Assembly (NCBI GenBank): GCA_022813965.1
Contig: JALDZS010000006.1
Span: 186,001 to 250,000, forward strand
Direction: 5' to 3'
DNA length: 64,000 nucleotides
DNA from: Toensbergia leucococca
Taxonomy: Eukaryota
Shown here: in pieces, positions 58,768 to 64,000 of the stretch
How positions within the stretch are numbered: the stretch's first letter is position 1
Layout: each line of letters opens with the position of its first letter
Program-made: the position numbers and the translations under genes
Notes under the pieces: generated by a model
The model's input: the letters and a program-made list of their open reading frames with translations, nothing else
Told to the model about the DNA's origin: nothing
The model's database searches: none

Positions 58768-60896
58768 TTAGGTTTGAGAGGTCTGAACTTTTAGAGGTTG
58801 ATCTGTTTTGGAATCTTCGTATGGGTATGTTGGTGCTGGAGCGGCTTCTGCGGAAGGTATGGTTAGGGCCCCGTGGTTTGGGACTTTTGGGGCAGGGTTG
58901 GAGTATGGGTTTTCGTGAACAGGAGAACCGATGCATGGTTCTGTTGGGGCGGGATTAATTAAGGTGGCTGCATCTGAGCCGAGTGCGGCGTTACTCGCAG
59001 GCGTCGACGATGCTGTAGTCTCGTTGATTTTTGAATGACTTCCGTTGGCGTTTGATCCGCTGGGGTACGGCGAGGCGCTCTTTTTCTGATATCTCAGCGA
59101 AACCACTAGACTACGCTGACGGGTATGGTCGTCATCTTCTTCCTCTTCGTCAACAACGCTCGTCCCATCATCGCTCATATCCACATCCTCTTCCTCTTCT
59201 TCATCTGCAACGTGATCGTCTGCCTCATCCTCATCGGCACCATCCCAATCACCCCCACTTGATGATGCATCGCTCTCTTCGTCCATCTCATCTAGAGCAT
59301 TGTATCCTTCGATATGATTACGACGCCGCCCTCGGGTTTTCATGTTGGTTCCGTTATCTCGTACACTTCGTCGACTACGGCCTGCAGCCACTGGCTGTTC
59401 ATTGCCCCCGTCGGCACCGTCGACATCATTTACAGCTTGTGATTCACTAGGATCATGCTGCCCGCTAAGCATTGTTTCACCATAGGTCCCTCCGACTCTA
59501 GATTTGACCTGTCGCCCGCTCGCTGTAAAGGTTGGCCCAGCAGACTCTGCCGGTGTTGATACACCTGATTGTCGGTTTGATTGTCTTATTGACGGAGCAT
59601 CTGATCCCCCTTCTTCTTCATCTGAATATGTGTACCTGATCCGCTTACCGCGCGTACGACCTTCATAGAGGGAGAAACCTGGGTCTGGACGGGTAAATTG
59701 GGCCTTGCGAGCGCTGCGGTATTCTCGACGCTTCCGTTTCTGTATAAGTATTAGTCGAAAGGCTGTATGTATCTAGGCACAGGAGTAGAGATGATCTACC
59801 TCTTCGGCAGCTTCGAACCGCGGGATACCCAGAGTGATGCGATCTCGTAGTCGTCGTGCGGCCAGCGTACTGTCATCGTCCAGACGCTCTGCAACATCCT
59901 TGAGCTCATCAATGGTTCCCGCGACGCTTCTCCAGGTGTTGTGCTTCAAGATCGGGTTGCTTTCACGATACAGTCTGAAATATGTATCGTCCTGCCCCTC
60001 AACGAGCCAAAACCTACGCTTGTCCCCGTCGCGGCCCCATGATTGAACAGAAAGGGGTTGATTTAGGTCGTCTTCATGGCGCTGTTGCTTGTATGAGTCT
60101 TTCAGAATCGTCTGAACAGCTTCCGATGACCCAAGAGACCATATGATTAGAGTCTTTAGTAACGTGAGCTAGATACACCATAGTCAGTGACTCTGCTTGG
60201 TGTTCGATTAAGTGTAGATGGCATACACGCTCGTCAGGGCTCATTTTAGTAAAATTGCCGCCGCCGTGGAGAGGGTTCTTGCCATTCCATGCCAACGGCC
60301 ACTGGCTGGCGTGTGACAATACCGCTTCTTCGAGAGCGCGCTGGAAATGCCCTCTCCTAGAAAAACACGAACAAATGTTAGCCAATGCTTGATTGAATGC
60401 CTATGATATAGAAGGGGGCCCAAGGAGCACCTACTCAACGTCCTTTTTTCGATTCAGAACAAGCCCTAGTAAGGCGCAGAGTAGTCTCTCAACTTGTTCA
60501 CCAGGCACTGACTCTACCACATCTCGTTCTATGTCTTGTGGCCCACAGTGAGGCAAAGACTTGGGAAAAGCTTCGCTGAAGCGCGAACGAAACATGGTAA
60601 TGAACTGCGCGCAGATATAGTCAGCAACGCGAGAGATTGGAGCATCTCGCGCCTTTCAGAGCAGACAGATGGTACGAGGGTATCTGGCTTACTGCGATAT
60701 CTGGATTGTCAGCCAGCACATACTCATGCGGCGGCGATGCTGGACGTTTTTTCTTCGGCGGCGTTGAACCAGCGATCGGAGCCTTAGGTTCATTCTTAAA
60801 ATAATGATCAAGGTTACCGCCGCGTATGGGCTTTGAAGGTATCTCCTCATCTGTGGAGAGTGCTGAGGAAAGGGGAGAGGAGTCGGAGCTGGACAT
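58768..60896 (-). CDS. WHIM1/WSD-domain chromatin protein (ISWI-partner-like), multi-exon
   Basis: HEYVLADNPDIA|FITMFRSRF...|RGHFQRALEEA...NFTKMSPDER|LTLLKTLIIW...WGRDGDKRRFWL; then SLYEGRTRGKRIRYTY and an acidic tail. Confidence 0.8.
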
Positions 60897-62305
60897 GATT
60901 TCGGAATTGGAGGGTTGATGTCGGCTACGTAAATGCTTAGGCAAGTGTGCGAGATTGGGATCAGGGAACTACGAAGCTACACAAGCGCGAGAGAGCGCTA
61001 TATCTCGTCTAGGGGCTGGGAGTACTTTGTGCTTCAGACATAAGTACTTCTAGTGAGCTATCAAATTTTCATTTGGAATGTAGAGTGTTGTATCTTGCTC
61101 TCTAGCGCAAAAGAGACGTCCTGTCCAGAATACGGGTCTCATGAGATTTGGATGCTCCGATGTATGCTCATCTGTACTTTTGTCCTCATTGTATCAATAC
61201 TCGGATGCTTGACACCATCGACATGAATAGAAATTTCCTATATACCACATCTGATAACTCGGAATTTGTTTCCGCAAGTCGAATAGAAGTTTCCTGAGAG
61301 CTTCAAGGATTTCCATTTCACCGTGCTGTCATGCTCATGCTTTTGGATCGAGGTTGTGTTTTCCCTGGAAATCCCTTTGCGACCGCGAAACTGCGGGTGC
61401 AATTTCGACCAAGTGCGATGTGCATCTTCGAGGTCAAACCACGCGGGCGCAGAAAACATACTCTTTGACAGCAAATCTCAACTAATAAAAGTATCCGAGT
61501 GCTCATGGTTGCGAGTAGAATATCGAGGATAGGTGAATCCTTGAGATAATGATCATTGTTTCCGCAAATCAAACCGAGTCAGTCCTTCGCAGAATGTAAA
61601 TCAACGCAAGACAGACATAAAAGCAAACTCGGAGTAATAGAGCTCTTGCAGATAGCAAAAATTGGAGAAGGACGGTTTCACGCAACGCTCATGGATTTTC
61701 CTGTGGATAGTTCCCAGCAACAGCCACAAATTCAATGCTGAGCTGAAATATACCACATGGCTTGAATGAGAAGTATAGAAATTGCATACAAGTTACATTG
61801 CTAGCAATCGCTGTAAGGCGACCATCATCTCTTGAGAGTGACTTTTCTTTACAACTCACAACAGGTTGCCCATCAGTACGATCACAACAACACCATACTG
61901 TAACCCTGTAACATTAGCATGTTGCTAAGCAAGTGCTCAGTACGGGCAGCTGAATTGCAACGACGATTGCTTAAAGTTCAACGAGGAGTAAAGATATCTG
62001 TCAACAGAGGCCTAGTCGTCGATCTGTGGTCTTCTTAAATTGCCAGTTGACCAGAGATCGAGCGACGATAGCATGGGTTCAACATTTTTAAAGGAGATCT
62101 CGTCCATGGTGGACCGTGTGGTTGCTTCGTTCAGGGGAGAGGGGAGGGAACGGATGCCAAGTGGTCTGGTGGTGTTGGAAAATCGATGCGGCTCCACTAG
62201 CGCCACACTAGGTAAATAGCCGAAGTCCTCCAGCCCACAATGATATGTTCAAAACAAGTGCAAACGACGACTCCATCGATCTGACAGGCAACAAAGTAGC
62301 CCATA

Positions 62306-63254
62306 ATGGGTAGAGTCATCCGCAATCAGAGGAAAGGTCGTGGATCAATCTTTAGTACGTCAATTTTGAGAAAGCAATCGAAATGGTAAAGCCAAGCATC
62401 CTAACTTATCTTGACAGCGGCCCATACTCGTCTCAACAAAGCACCGGCGCAATTCAGAACACTCGATTATGCGGAGAAACATGGATACATACGAGGCGTA
62501 GTCAAAGATATTATCCACGATCCTGGCCGAGGCGCACCACTTGCGAAGGTAGTCTTTCGCGATCCCTATCGATTCAAACTACACACCGAGACCTTTATTG
62601 CCAACGAGGGCATGTACACTGGCCAATTTATCTATGCGGGAAAGAACGCCACCTTGACTGTCGGCAACGTGCTACCTTTAGGATCTGTCCCTGAAGGTAC
62701 TGTCGTGACCAACGTGGAGGAGAAGGAGGGAGATCGTGGTGTACTGGGAAGGACGTCGGGAAATTACGTGACAGTCATCGGGCACAACCCTGACGAAGGA
62801 AAGACAAGAGTAAAGCTCCCAAGTGGGGCGAAGAAAGTGATCAAGAGCAGTGCTAGAGGTATGATCGGCATAGTCGCTGGAGGTGGACGTACCGACAAAC
62901 CATTACTGAGTAAGTCCTATTCCGAAAGCCCACTTGTATGGTGAAGGAAGAAGCTTACACCAAGCGCAGAGGCGTCTCGTGCGAAGCACAAGTTCGCTGT
63001 CAAGCGTAACTCATGGCCAAAAACTCGCGGTGTTGCGATGAATCCCGTTGACCATGTAAATTATCCCCCGTATTTGGTGTATTCTCTAGATCACCGCTGA
63101 CTCCTCATTTTCATAGCCTCATGGTGGTGGTAATCATCAACATATTGGTAAAGCATCAACGATATCACGCTTTGCAGCACAAGGTCAAAAGGCTGGTCTC
63201 ATTGCCGCTCGGAGAACTGGTTTGCTACGGGGCACGCAAAAAACGAAGGACTAG
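62306..63254 (+). CDS. RPL2: 60S ribosomal protein uL2 (L2/L8), 4 exons
   Basis: [24 protein letters not shown]...[12 protein letters not shown]...[18 protein letters not shown]...[18 protein letters not shown]...[14 protein letters not shown]. Confidence 0.98.
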
Positions 63255-64000
63255 ATTTGTTGTTACAACACTGCACCGTGGAGGTCATGACTTCTCCTGT
63301 GTGGTGGATATGGGAGCTTCATGGCGACCCGGTTACCTTTACTTTCTAAAGGAATGCCAAGAGTCAAGCAAGCAAAATATCTCAAGCAATACTAGTATGA
63401 GAAAATAGATCCACGGAGCGTCTGTAGCTGGTCAGATAGAGAAACATCGTGCATTTGGTTTCCTGCAAGCCAATGAGTGAAATGCCAAACGATTATCTGA
63501 ACCCAACGTCATTGCTACGTGTGAAACTCAGCCGTTGGTAGGCGCTTTGTTACAGGTACCAGGGGCGAACAAGAAGCTCTCGACATCGCATTCGGCGCGT
63601 CACATGGAGACTTAGTTTGCGATTATTCAATTACGCAACCCCATGGCTGTGATTTGATGACTTTGAATTTGTTTGAAACTTACTCTCGCTCGTATTCTAT
63701 TCATATTCACAGGATCAAGATACATCACTGCGGGGCAAAGTTTGAGTCCCGTTGCCCCAAACATAATATTTTCGAGGGCCAACCAACATTCCCCGTTGTC
63801 GCTCTTGTACATCCATAGCAGACTCCTCACATTCCCTTGATTCTCTTCACACTCTCGTTCCCTTCACTCGTACTTCCGTGAATCTTTTGTTGAAAAATTA
63901 GTGAACCTTCTCAAGATCCTCCAACGTTCGAGGAAACTCTTAAATTCTTGCATCCTTCTTAGCATCTGATGACTTAGTACTTTCTCGGCCCTCCATCACC

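Noticed and set aside
61900..61912. TAACCCT as a telomerase RNA template
   Set aside because: Lacks the full TAACCCTAA template and any visible pseudoknot or CR4/5 context.
63480..64000. Possible - strand coding fragment at the window end
   Set aside because: Broken frames, no recognisable domain, truncated by the window.

Overview
Gene-dense, intron-rich eukaryotic DNA from a filamentous ascomycete (Pezizomycotina; GT-AG introns of about 50-110 nt with CTRAC branch sites). The class cannot be fixed from sequence alone. About 20 recognisable genes are present: Spo12, a LaeA-like SAM methyltransferase, LYS2, a YBT1-type ABCC transporter, SLP1 (SUN domain), PGS1, NDUFA12, a HAD phosphatase, a ZNF511-like C2H2 protein, DUF924, a Zn2Cys6 TF, an NmrA-like oxidoreductase, a KSP1-like kinase, VPS18, STE11, MRPL7, a USP deubiquitinase, a cupin, DUF1770, a WHIM1 protein and RPL2. 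The region at about 24-35.5 kb looks accessory. It holds two apparently paralogous orphan genes flanking ZNF511, two genes with a single in-frame stop (one possibly rescued by an intron), and a TF/NmrA pair with a repeated promoter motif. The most notable unexplained signal is a ~250-nt run of four consecutive stem-loops at 57.2-57.46 kb, with H-box/ACA-like motifs and 12-nt complementarity to the LSU rRNA peptidyl-transferase region. All calls are by-eye; no searches were run. No tRNA, rRNA, CRISPR array or intact transposon was found.
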